Assembly (NCBI GenBank): GCA_008632985.1
Contig: QPGO01000081.1
Span: 186,001 to 250,000 of the forward strand
Length of the DNA: 64,000 nucleotides
From: Psammoneis japonica
Lineage: Eukaryota
Reading direction: 5' to 3'
Program-made: the position numbers and the translations under genes
Notes under the pieces: generated by a model
Database searches by the model: none
What the model was told of the DNA's origin: nothing
Seen by the model: only the letters and a program-made list of their open reading frames with translations
Part shown: positions 10,225-21,589 of the stretch, in pieces
Numbering within the stretch: the stretch's first letter is position 1
Layout of the letters: each line of letters opens with the position of its first letter

Positions 10225-13200
10225 TGTTCCTGCACAGCAAAGGCCTTTAGAAGAATCCAGTCATGACAACAAATTGTCTGGGGATGCAACCAAAATTCAC
10301 ATCTTGTGTGTCAACATTGTTCATCAGTCACACCTGCAATTGCAGATGTCAGATCAATTCTGTGCAAACAATCTTGCCTTTTTGCTCATCCACAATTGTC
10401 ATGTGATTGACGTGTGCAATGACACATGATTGTGAACATGTGTGACTCGTTCCACTTGGCAATGCATGCTGCTGCATTTGCCTTCCCATTTGCACATTGG
10501 AGTTGTTCATCAAACAGTGTAATTCAATGGACATTGACAGTGTCAGTGATGTCACCACATTTGATCTTCACTGTGCTGTTGGTGTGCACCACTGTCATTG
10601 TTCAGGATCCAGCACAGGGCTGTTCTGATTTTTTAGAGTCTTTCTCAAGCAATGTCTTTTGTGCACCTTGCAGGCCCACAGAGCATGTTGAGTGTTTTCT
10701 TGAGCATTGTTCTTTCTGTTTGCAGCACCTTGTCTTTGTTTCTAAATGAACTTCCAGCGAGCAATGTGTTGGACATTGAACATCATGTTTTGGCCTCAAA
10801 GCCAGTTGTCCTGGTGTGTGCAGCTTGCGCAGCAGCATGACATGTTGAATGTGCTGCAAAGGCCACTGCTGACAGCATTTCAGAAAATGGGTCTTCTGCA
10901 TCTAGAGGGGCATTTTGCAGGTTGAATGTGTGCAGCATGTTTCTCAGCACTTGATGCACATGCTCTGCAACAGTGCCAGCTTGTGGATTTTGTGCAGATG
11001 TGGGCTTGCATTTCACGCCACAGTCATCTTGAACTGCAGCTTTCAGTTGGTGTCTGATGAACTCATTTCCACAATGATGGGCAATGGACAATGGACAAGG
11101 ACGCCTGCTTGACCACATTCTTTCTGACAGCAACAACAGCTGTGGATTTCTTGTTTGGAATTTCCATGACTTCAAACCATTTGGTTGCTGGTTGATCATC
11201 ATCAAACATCATTTTAGGACTGGGGAGCTTTTTCTCACCCTTGCAACATGCTTTGCATGGTCCAATGAGATCCACACATGGTCTTTCCCATGGCACTGAT
11301 TCTGTGCACTTGACAGGCAAATGCCCACATTTCTTTTTTTTCTTTTTGAATTTCTGGCATGTCTCACATTTTGAAATGTGTTTTCACATGTCTTTGCACA
11401 AGGCAGACCACCGCAGGTGTTGTGAGATTGTCTCTTCTGTTTGATTTGTGCCAGGGTGCAGAAGGCATGCATGACGCCAATCCGCCACTGTCTTTTGTGA
11501 CTTCTTTGGTGCGATGATTTTTTCCTTGTGATGTGCAAGCATTTGGTCTTGCTTGCCTCCATGAAAAGTCTTTGTGCAACATGTTGCACCTGACAATTTG
11601 GAGAGAATTTCTTTGTCCAGTTTTTGTCCAGCATCAAGAACTTTGCAAGTCAATGGAAAGACAGTGTTGCAGGATTTGGGTGCAACCTTCTCAGCCAATT
11701 CTTCAGTGCTGAGGTTTTCTGTGGGTTTTGTTTGTTTTGCACCAAGTTGGCTGATTGCATCTGCAACAACATTTGCCTCACTCCCAAGACAAATCATTTC
11801 AGGGCTGCATCACTTGATTGTGAGATGCCAATGCGTGACTCTGTTCACAGCAAAATTCTCATGAGTCAGGTTTTTGTGACAGGTGAATGTTTTTGTCTGT
11901 TTGCCAAACAGTGTGTTTGGAATTCCTCAAGAGTTTCTGCAGTGGACAGCAGTTCTTTGTCCATTTTGGCACATTGCATCTGCACTCCATTCAGCTTTTG
12001 GCTGCAGAAGGCAATGGGTTGGTTGTCTTGTGACATGGCCACACCCAATTGAGAATTTCTCACATCTGCACATGTCTCAAAGGGTTTGTTGAAATTCAGG
12101 CATGACAATGATGTGTCTTTTGATGTGGCTTGCTCTGCAGTTTTGAAGGCGTTTTGTTCCATGATCATCCATTGCCACTTGAGCTCATGGTTGAGGTGAG
12201 TTTGGTTGGAGGAGCAAGTGCGTGATGTCATCAAGGCCACATGTCTTGATGGCAGTTTATCGTGCCAACAAAATGTTGCATTTTTTGCAAGTTTTGGGAG
12301 CAGCAATCAATTCAGTCCCCTCCACTTTCTTGGGAATGGGTCTGACACCTTGTCACAAAATGTGAAGTCCCAGACAGTTTGCTTTGCATTTTGTGAAAAA
12401 GGACTTTTCCGCATGGGCCCTCAAACCTGTTTGTTTGAGCTCTGCATGAATGCCATTTTGAGCTTTTGGAGGTGACCTTTGCAGCCACCTTTTGTCAGGC
12501 ATGGCATGTCATCAACATGCACCCTGACAAACACTGAGCCAGCCATGATGTTTGCTCTTGGAAAACATCTGGAGCTCCACAAATTCCCGTTGGGAGTTTG
12601 CAGTGCTCACATTTGCCCCACGGCATCACAATCACACACACAAACAATGTGTGCATGGTGTCAACTCAATGTGACAGCACCCCACATTTAAGTCAAGAGA
12701 TGTTGCACACATGAAGCCCACTTGGTGGGCTTTTGCAACACATCTTTGCCATTGGGAGGAGGATGTGAGTTGCACATTGGCCTCCGATTTGGCTCACAAA
12801 AGTCAGACAAGAACCAAACTCTGCCATTTTCTTGGTGCAAACAAAGGTTGGAGCTGCCTTTTCTGAGTGGTTTGTTTGTCTTAAAACTCCTCCTGGCTTG
12901 CGGAGTCTTTTGACTTCCTTTTGAGCAGTCATCTCCAGGACTTTTGTGGAGCAGGAAATGGTCTCACATGATGTGGGTTGCACCCAACTGCAAAATGTGA
13001 AATTGACTGGTTTTCCTTGCCACACACCTGAGGCACCATCAAAGAGGCATTTGAGTCTTTTTAGGAGGAAGCTCAGTTGCTTCTGCTCCTCTGGAGTAAG
13101 ATGTGTGGCTGCTGCAGTTGCATCATTGAGGCCAGCAGCATGACAGTTGGCATCAAGGATCCTGTTGACCCTGTCATTGAGAATTTTCATGGATCAAGAT

Positions 13201-14170
13201 TCCTCAATGTGATCAGCAATCAGCTTGAAAACCTTGGCATCAAAGAATGCATCTGCATTCTTCATTGGGGCAGTTGCATCTTTGTGTTTGATTTCCTCAC
13301 ATTGGCAAAATCAAGTGTGACTCTAAGACTGCTCATCAAGTTGCACCCCCCCCCCCCATGATCACATCATGTTGACATGAAAAAGTGGGAGTGCCGCCCA
13401 TGCATGCCATCTTCTCAATCATCTCATGTTTGTCAAATTTGGGCAACAAAAATTGCATCTTGCACTTGCTGTCAGTTGTAAAGAGCCCTCCCTTGGTTTC
13501 CCAAGTTTTGGCGGCGGACTCTTCAGTTCTCAATTTCCATGTGAATTTGTGAATTTGCACAAAATTGTGGTCAATCATGTTCCATGACCATCAAGAAGAG
13601 TGCACACAGATGCTCATTTTTCTCTTTCTCTGAGGAAGTGTTCATGTGAGCAACAACCTCTGGACCAGCATGTGAGTCACTTTGGCTTTTTTCAAGGCTT
13701 CCTGATGTCCAGCAAAGTGCAAGACTCCTTGACACGTGCCAGCCATTCTTCAGATTTGCTGCATGTCATTCTGTCAAATTGACAGTTTTCTTCACTGAGA
13801 GCATCAGAGTCAGAATTTTTGTCTTTGCACTTTTGTCATTCTCCAAGGAACTCACCTTGAGTGTTTTTGGGACTGCCTGAGTGATCATGGCATTCAACTC
13901 TTCCTTGTGAGAGGCACTTTTGTGTCTTGACACAATCATGTGCAATTGCCATTTGAACATTGCCATTTTGGGTTCTGCTCAATGTTCTCATGGCATTCCT
14001 TTGCTGGCCTTCTTTTCATGACCCAGCATTTGTCCATGTTGTGAGTGATCTTTTTGCAACAATTGCAAGACTTGTTCACCCAGTGTGGTTCCAACAAGTC
14101 ACAAACATGTTTTCATTGGCCAGAGAAGGTGGCCATGTTTCTCCCTCTTTGTCTCTCTACATTCTTTGCC
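10225..14170 (-). mobile_element. Degenerate Ty3/gypsy LTR retrotransposon (gag end-PR-RT-RH-IN), 5'-truncated
   Basis: CCHC knuckle CNCCKKITHNMDKC (~14026-14067); protease WETKGGLFTT..HDVIMG; RT entry ILDANC..LFDGASGVW; RNase H PIAFCSQKL..KELLS, ANVVADAISQL; integrase HPG, PWERPCVDLIGP, GNEF, NPQA. Possible PPT at 10477-10490 and 3' LTR at 10225-10476 (tentative). Confidence 0.9.
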
Positions 14171-14178
14171 ACTCCACT

Positions 14179-14184
14179 CACACA

Positions 14185-14215
<31 letters not shown>

Positions 14216-14217
14216 CA
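14179..14217. repeat. (CA)n microsatellite
   Basis: Interrupted CA run at the truncated end of the gypsy relic. Confidence 0.95.
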
Positions 14218-14874
14218 AAAGCTCTGTGACTCTTTTGGAGACACTCCTCTTCAACAAGTTTTGCATGTTTGTGGCTGATGTGCACCCCTCCAGTGTTTCT
14301 GCAATCACTGTGAGATTCACCAACAAGTTGCCAAGTCTCATGAGCAGAATCATCCAATCTCCCCTCTCAAGTTGAAAGCACCAGTGAATCAACTTCATCC
14401 TCAATGAAACAGGATTGCTGCTGGACCAAAAATGATGGCAACCACAAACGTTCTTTCCACAGAAGAGGGGGTCGAGTTGTTCATGCCAGTTTTGCACACA
14501 ATGAGTCATCTCCCATTCCACGTCAAACCAAGTTGTCAACCAATGACCTGCTGGATCTGCCCTTGGCCATTTCTGACCCATGTGGATGGCTGCGAGATGA
14601 GTCTCAAAACAACAGAGCTGTTTTGAATCATTTGAAACAGGAAAATGAACACACAGAAGCAAGTGCAAAGCACTTGGAGCAACTCAGGTCCAATCCACAC
14701 ACATGGAGAAATGAAGTCTTCTGTTCAAGAAACAGATTGCGCGGTGCCACAACATTGTGGGGATTGGTGCTGCTGCACAAGAACCTGTGAGGGCAAGAGT
14801 TGCACCACCTGCTGTCAGGCACCCAAAACCACAGACATGCTTGGTGAGATTGACTGGCGGGGCTGCAGCACAGA

Positions 14875-16070
14875 ATTGCACATTTTGCCAGGAGAACAAG
14901 TCTGTCTTGACTTGTGTGAGATAGATGATGGAGACAGTCCCAGAGATGGGTTGAAGACAAACCCATCCTCTGCTGTTCTTCTTGTCACATCCACTTGTTG
15001 CTTGACATCACAGTGACTCAATCCCAGCACCATGTGTGTTTCTGCACATTTTCTTGTGCTGGTGCTGCCCTTCTCAGACAGTGCTGCCAGCACCCTTGTC
15101 AGCCTTTTCAACTGCTTTTTCCATTGTTGGCACAAATTTTGTTGCAGTGTGTCAAGCAACACTTCGCAGCAGCAATTGTTTGGCGTCAAATTCTGTGAGT
15201 TTGCATGCTCACGCTTGGTCTTTTCTGGCAAATTTCTGCAAATGATGCACAGTTTTTGCATTGGATTGAGCACAAGCTCTGCACAATTCACAAATCATGA
15301 CTGACAATGACCAACTCTCTTGTCTCATCTCTGAGCTTCTCTTTTCATCCACACCTCTGCCAGCTCTCCTCAACAATGACTCTCCTTCTCTTTTCATCTC
15401 CTCAGGCCAGGTTTCACACTTCATGATGTGGCAAGCATTTTGCCTTTGTTGACACAGCCCTTTGTGCACATCTGAGATGATCCTTGCAAGTTGTTGGTGC
15501 TTCACCTGTCCAGTGTGATTTTCCGCACATTTCTCTGCTCTCAAAATCTAGCACCAAACTCTTTGTGTTTCAGAAATCTGCTGTGCTGGCAAAAACACCT
15601 GCTCAGTGCTGATGAGCTCCATTTTGGCCCATGTCTGTCAGTCCTTGACAACCCCCTTCCTCTTCCAATTGGCAATTTGCTTGAGCTTCTCACACTTCAT
15701 GTGCTGGTGAACTTGTTGCTTTTGTTGCTGCTCTCAGTGGCGACGTGAGCAAAACAAAGCTCTTCAAAAAGCCCCCCCACTCTCACATGGAAATTTCTGG
15801 CATGGACAAGGATGCTGCCTTGCCACCCAATTGTCAAATCTGTTTTTGCACTGTGCTTGCTTTGGAGTGACCATCCTTTGCTGTTTTGTTGTGCCGCCAT
15901 TTTTTTGAGTCACAAAGAGTGCAGCCAAACTCCGTTTTCATGCTGCACTCAGGGTGGCACCAATTCTGCGGCCAATCCTAGGTCACTTCTGCACAACCGG
16001 GGGTGCTGGAAGTGTGGATTGGCTGATGCCAGTCCAGCTGGCAATGGAGTAACAGCACTGGTGAAATGGA
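14875..16070 (-). repeat. Diverged direct repeat, copy 2 (partner of 8810-10060)
   Basis: See copy 1. Fragments translate similarly (VICELCRACAQ..HANSQNLTPNNCCCEVL vs VICESCRVCTK..HVNPQNLPMPKNCCCKVL). Confidence 0.8.
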
Positions 16071-16471
16071 TCTGGCAAGTGATGCGTTTGAGGGCGATGG
16101 ACAGATTTGAGGGCTGCAGGAGCGGTCGAACGATTCAAAATTTTCATTCACGCGAGGAGCAACGGAGATTGCTTTCCGACCTGCGGGATCAAAATGAAAA
16201 AGAGCCTCTCCACCATTGCCTTTATTAGACTGAGGCCGATTGTTTATTTGAATGAAATAGCATCTCAACCATCACTGACAGAAGTCGCCGCACTGAGTCA
16301 TGAAAAATGAGAGGACTAGTAGTACGGTACATCTGGAGGAAAACTATAAACTATGGTGGTCTTTCTAATTTTATATTCTGATTCTGACATACCGCGTTGC
16401 ACATTGCGTGGTAAAAAACAACAAACTGATTCTGAGCTTTCAAGTCTCATAGCATCCTCTCATGAGAAAAG

Positions 16472-17819
16472 CTAATACAGGTTCCAATAGCCCGTACTTG
16501 TAAAGTGCGCCGTCATGCAGTTCCACAAGCTAACAATCTCGCCCGACTTGGGGTGGTGATGCTGCGTAAAACACGTACCGGCACCAGCATTTCGGATATC
16601 AAAACGACGGGACGCCCAGTTCCAAGCCACCTCTGGTTAATATCATCCTCGTCGCAGGGTTGGTAGGTAATGTTCCTTCGCGAGGTTCGATCCAAGCAAC
16701 GGTCTTTACCAACAACTTTGATTTGGTCACCTTGGCCGGGTAAATAGACAAACTCAAACTTTGTAGACGAATCTCTACACTTTTCGACCTGCGGTGGGTC
16801 CTCATCCTCCAACACCACTTGGCCTCCACGTAAGTCTCCTGCCAATAGTATTCTAAGGGTTCCATGAAAAGAAAGTGTTATGCATAGTTCAAATAATGGA
16901 GAAAAGACTTACGCACAGACGTGTTCTTACCTCGTTCCCAATACAACTTGAGACGAAATCCTGGCTTGGGCATCATGGGTGGAGCAGCACCATCCGCCAT
17001 GTCATAGCAATAGTTCACAGATCTTGATTCTCTAGTACCTTCGCCCGTACAGCCTGGCACCTAAAGGTATTTCAAAAGCAGTACGGTCCATAATGGTCAG
17101 AGATACCACATGCAAGCTCAACATCGATGACTTTTCAATGCACTTACCCACTCGTTTCCGCCACGCTTTTGACAGCGTAAGTTTCCAGCACAGTCCGAGT
17201 CCCTTTTACAATTTCCTTCGCACTTTCGAAAGGGCACCTGTGACCTATCCAGATAGGCAAGGGTAGTTCGAGTCGGAGAACTGGTCGGCGACTCTGTCGG
17301 AGCAGGAGAAGAGGTGGGCTGAAAGGTAATGGTTGGCGACGCAGTTGGAGGTGCAGTGGTTGGACGCAGTGTGGGAGCTGGTGTACCGGTGGGCGCAGGA
17401 CTTGAAGTTGGTGACTCTGACGGTGCCGGGGACATTGTTGGCATCAAAGTGGTTGCGTTGTAACAATAGTCCTTGCCCCTTTCGGCAACTCCTGTACATC
17501 CGGGCACGTCTTCGTCTCTTCGGCGATCAAAGCAAGTGAGGCCCTTTCTGCACTGCTTATCATTGTCACAGTCGGCTTCGCATTCTCCAAGGCCTTCGTC
17601 AGGCCAGGCCTGACTATTTGGTTCGCCCACATAATTGTATTCATGAGTTGTTACTTCGCGAGGTTGAACCACATCAACAACGGTTTCTTCTGGTTCTGGC
17701 TCTTTTATCGGAATCGAATCCTCCTTTTGACGAACACCTGGGGCTGCAAATTCCAGGGCTACGACCGCATTTGGCCAGAACCATACGGCAAGAACAAATA
17801 ATAACTGAAGATAGCTCAT
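16472..17819 (-). CDS. Frustulin-like secreted protein (two acidic Cys-rich domains, Pro/Thr linker, C-terminal putative lectin-like domain); last exon has two apparent frameshifts
   Basis: Signal peptide MSYLQLLFVLAVWFWPNAVVA; CEADCDNDKQC..C..R...VPGC and CEGNCKRDSDCAGNLRC..VPGC; GT-AG introns 17061-17147 and 16853-16930. Exon 3 needs three frames to reach ..CFTQHHHPKSGE..TGYWNLY*. Confidence 0.8.
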
Positions 17820-20227
17820 GTTATACTTCACTTTTTCGCAAAAGATGAATCTGAGTAAACTGTGTGAATAAGAATTAATGCAAAAGGTCCAACGATATAG
17901 CAAAGCTCAAAGACGGCACTGTCGGCAAAGTGAAAGAGACCCCGTCAAATTGATGCCTTGCCTGTCAAGTGACACCTTTGGAAAGCAAGATGAACTCCGA
18001 AAAATGAGGAGAAGAGAAATTTTTCAAAAATGTCGTACTATTAGGAAAAAAGAGGATCCATTTGTCGTGACTGAAAATTAATATCAAGAAACCGGTATTC
18101 TACTTAGGAAGAGATTTAAATTTGAACTTGATGGAATGTGAACATTATGGAAATCTACCGCTCGTCGGTTTTTACTATCGATCATATAGAAAGAGTGTTA
18201 CTGTTGGGATTGTGAACAACCGTTGATCTTTGAATTCCACATTATATAACTTATCCATTCACAATTGCAATTTAAATTTTCATTCACACGTGACATATTG
18301 CAGAGATACAGATATTAATATGATATAAAGCTTTTAAAAAAATATTTTGAACCGGATTCCGCCCACAAGACTAACTGAGGCAAACAAAAAATTTTCCGGC
18401 GACCAAGAGACCGAGACAACCAAACCCATGAACCAAACAAGACTGTTATTTACAGGAATGTTTGGCGAGCAAGCATGAATATCATGCTCTGAGAGGAAAA
18501 AGAGGAAGTTGAAAAATTGAATCTCGAATTGAAGACTGGGACTGCTGAGACTGACTCATCCTCGGTGGTCGTGCGTGTTGTGACGAGATCGATCAGAGAA
18601 TGCCTATCATTCGTCATTCGATCACCAACGTCATTCCAACATTCCAAAAACATTGGATAATAGGCAAGTAATACCTTAGGCGACAGACCCTCTATGGACA
18701 GGCTCACAGTCAAGGTATTCGGATAATGATGATCAGCAGCCAGTAAATTCACGTACTGCATGTTTTGAAGGGGCATCTGTGCTTGTTCGTCGGTTTTGCT
18801 CTCCCCATCTTCCGCCGTTCAACTCTGTTGAAACCTTCTGTACGAAACACTTGAGTAGGCTCAGTGTTTTATCCGAGAAGTTTTCGGCACGGCTAAGACG
18901 ACCCTTTCTCAGATTCCCTACTATAGGCCTACAATTACATACACACACAAGTCTCAAGAATTTTGTGGCGACAACGGACTTCCTACCGTACACCATGCCA
19001 CTGATGGCACTAGCCGTATCAGGAATGAGCGTCGAGGAAATTTGTGAAAATCGCAACGAGGCTAATCGACACGACGCTCGCACAGTTTGGGGCTACTTCA
19101 TTATAGTACTCTGCAATCTTACAATTGCACTGGCTTGTCACGGCAGCAAGACCTCACGGAGAAAGCGCGTCAAAGCTACGAGGCACCAAGTGTCATGTCT
19201 TTTTTCTAAGCAACTTTGATGAATTGGATTTTCAGGAGTGTCGTTGATGGTTGCGGAGACAGTGCGCAGGCCTGCACAAAAATCAGTAAAAAAGGAAAAC
19301 GCTTGAATGTGATACAGACGAAGCATGCTGGTGTAGGTGTAGGCAGCTGTTGGTGCAAGCGATCTTTCTGGGCTATTTCGTATCTCGTTGGATGGGAGCT
19401 ACAGTTAGTTGGTGCGTGCAGGTATTCGAGACACACATGCCCGCAAGTTTTGGATCAGCCTGGCGGTGTTTCCATGCATGCACCTTGTGTTTTACAACAA
19501 ATGGCTTCAAACGTAAATCGTTTTGGTTTTAGCATTTCTGCTGGTAAAACCATTTGCTTTCATTGGTAATGCAAGGAAAGCCCACACACAAGGTGACTTG
19601 TATGGATCTCGCTTCTAAAAGACACAAGGAGTCCCTCGGGCCAATAATTTTGTAGAAATCCTTTTTATTCAGCCAAAGATGGAGACCGAGCTGACCTATT
19701 CATTCGAACTTTGATATCAGAACACTTGGTAAAGATGCCAGTCTTTTCGCGTTAGAGCACTAAACAAGCTTCTGGAGCCGTGCCTGTAGCAACGACGTCA
19801 CTAATTCACACCTTTCGTTGCTGCTTGTAACGGACTTCTCGGAAAAATGTAGACCGCGCACAGGGATACTGTAATAACGCTCGTCCAAACAACGGGCTTG
19901 TGCACCGTCACCTTTCGCTCTAAACCTCTTTAATAACTGAAACCTCTAAGTAGTCAAACGTAACTACCCAGAGAGCATTATGAAGCATTATGCACCTAGA
20001 AGTAACTTTTATGAAGTATTACCTTATGCATCTACCGTAACATTGTCAACTTCATGCATTTTTGTAGTCTATTTCATTTTGTTGTAGCCATGAATTCCAC
20101 TTCCAACCAATTTTTATTTGAGATCCAGGTAACTGTAAGCACAAAGACGAACAGACGAAACGCAATACTCATGAATCACTCTTTTCTCGTGTAGTCGCAT
20201 TCCATATGGCACAGCCTTGAATTCCAC

Positions 20228-21202
20228 TTATCCAACCTTTTCACCCAATCCAGATAATGTAAACACTAAAATGGTGGAAAGTAGAAGACCCCACGCACTC
20301 CCGTCGACACCTCTGGTGCCAAAGCTAGGATCATCCTTCGGCTCAGGAGTGGCAGCGCCCTCAGTCGGCCTTATTGTATCAGGCGGGTCACAACTTTGAA
20401 AGCCTGATTCACCCACCGGAATGCATATCTCCCTGTATACTTCATGTGCAAGGACATCCTCAATAACATCAAGTGTGTGCTGTAATACGTCGCAATCCGG
20501 TTCGCCTTCAGCAGTGCCCAGATTGAGGCTGTATTCTCCGGGGCTTCCTGACGGGTCAAATACAGCAATATAATACATGCCAGGAGAAGTGAAGAGAGGC
20601 ACAGCAATAGAGTTGGAGTAGTCACAGGTCAGTGGACTACAATGGATGCATTGTTGCGTCATGCCATACGGGAGGAACCATGACAGATTTCCCGTCATTT
20701 TCCCGTTAATGCTGCAGCCTCCCTCAGCGTTTGCCTTGTCGATTTCGTCATTAAATGCATCGGGTGTCTCTGTATAGATGGGCCTTTCTGTCGTATCACC
20801 CTTTGTATTGTGAGCAATAACCACCCCATACCCTTCTGGGATTTCAAATGGTAGCTCCTCCGTGGGCGGTTGGAACTGAGGATCAGAAAGTGGTCCCATC
20901 AACGCAACAGAGGGAAAGAATTCCTGATGCTGTTCACACGCTGGAGGAAGCGCGCTGGCAGAAAACATACCAAAGTCCGGTGGTGTCACCACAATGTCAT
21001 AGATATCAGCTTCACCTGCCTCGAGGTAACTCACGATGATTTTGGCAACCCCCGGGTCAGTGATTGGCTGAGACGCGAACTCGTCGGATTCTAGCCATAC
21101 TGTGTGAGCTCGTCCAGCTGTCGCAACGATCATCGCGACAGTGAAGGGTAAAATAGTCACTTCTACGAGTCGTAGTTTCCGCAAAAGAGATGTGAGAAAC
21201 AT
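20228..21202 (-). CDS. Secreted, possibly GPI/membrane-anchored protein with a PPC-like beta domain, 324 aa
   Basis: Intronless ORF; hydrophobic N-terminus; FFPSVALMGP, LPFEIPEGYG, PGMYYIAVFDPSGSPGEYSLNLG; hydrophobic C-terminal tail. Confidence 0.7.
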   Translation of the reverse strand: MFLTSLLRKLRLVEVTILPFTVAMIVATAGRAHTVWLESDEFASQPITDPGVAKIIVSYLEAGEADIYDIVVTPPDFGMFSASALPPACEQHQEFFPSVALMGPLSDPQFQPPTEELPFEIPEGYGVVIAHNTKGDTTERPIYTETPDAFNDEIDKANAEGGCSINGKMTGNLSWFLPYGMTQQCIHCSPLTCDYSNSIAVPLFTSPGMYYIAVFDPSGSPGEYSLNLGTAEGEPDCDVLQHTLDVIEDVLAHEVYREICIPVGESGFQSCDPPDTIRPTEGAATPEPKDDPSFGTRGVDGSAWGLLLSTILVFTLSGLGEKVG

Positions 21203-21589
21203 CCGTCAACGCCATTGGACAATGAAAAAACACATCACGGCATGGAACGTACTCATAGTATTTGTTTGTTTGTTGGCAAGGCAGCAAGCTGACGTACTCT
21301 TTAAACGCAGACGCAGTTAAGTCACAAAGTTTCCACAAGAGCAATTGTCTCGACTTTCAACTGATTTGATTCTTATTATGCTCGTACGAGTAGAGAGAAG
21401 AAGAAAAAGAGAAAAAAGTAGTCCCACCAGAAGCGAACTCGTTGTCAGAGAATTGAGCTCTCTTAGAGAGAGAGATGCCGCCATCCGCCATTCACAGACG
21501 CGACTGAACACGAACACGCTGCGATCCGCGACCCATAACCACGACCGAATCCGGCTCTCCTCCAAACCTTGCCGGTGGGGCTGCGGCAG

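Larger units (their letters stand above)
8470..16080. other. TpA/CpG-depleted block 1
   Basis: Manual count for 10801-11400: 2 TA and 3 CG in 600 nt, versus about 11 TA and 21 CG in 300 nt of gene (1021-1320). Edges approximate. Confidence 0.9.

Noticed and set aside
8810..16070. The 1.2-kb direct repeats as the LTR pair of the gypsy element
   Set aside because: They are highly diverged and coding-like, no TG..CA ends or TSD were found, and a separate PPT/LTR candidate lies at 10225-10490.
8470..16080. Classical fungal-type RIP
   Set aside because: RIP raises TpA and AT content and depletes CpA; the opposite is seen here.
18430..19750. Possible decayed ankyrin-like gene on the + strand
   Set aside because: Only fragmentary resemblance with many stops; cannot support a call.
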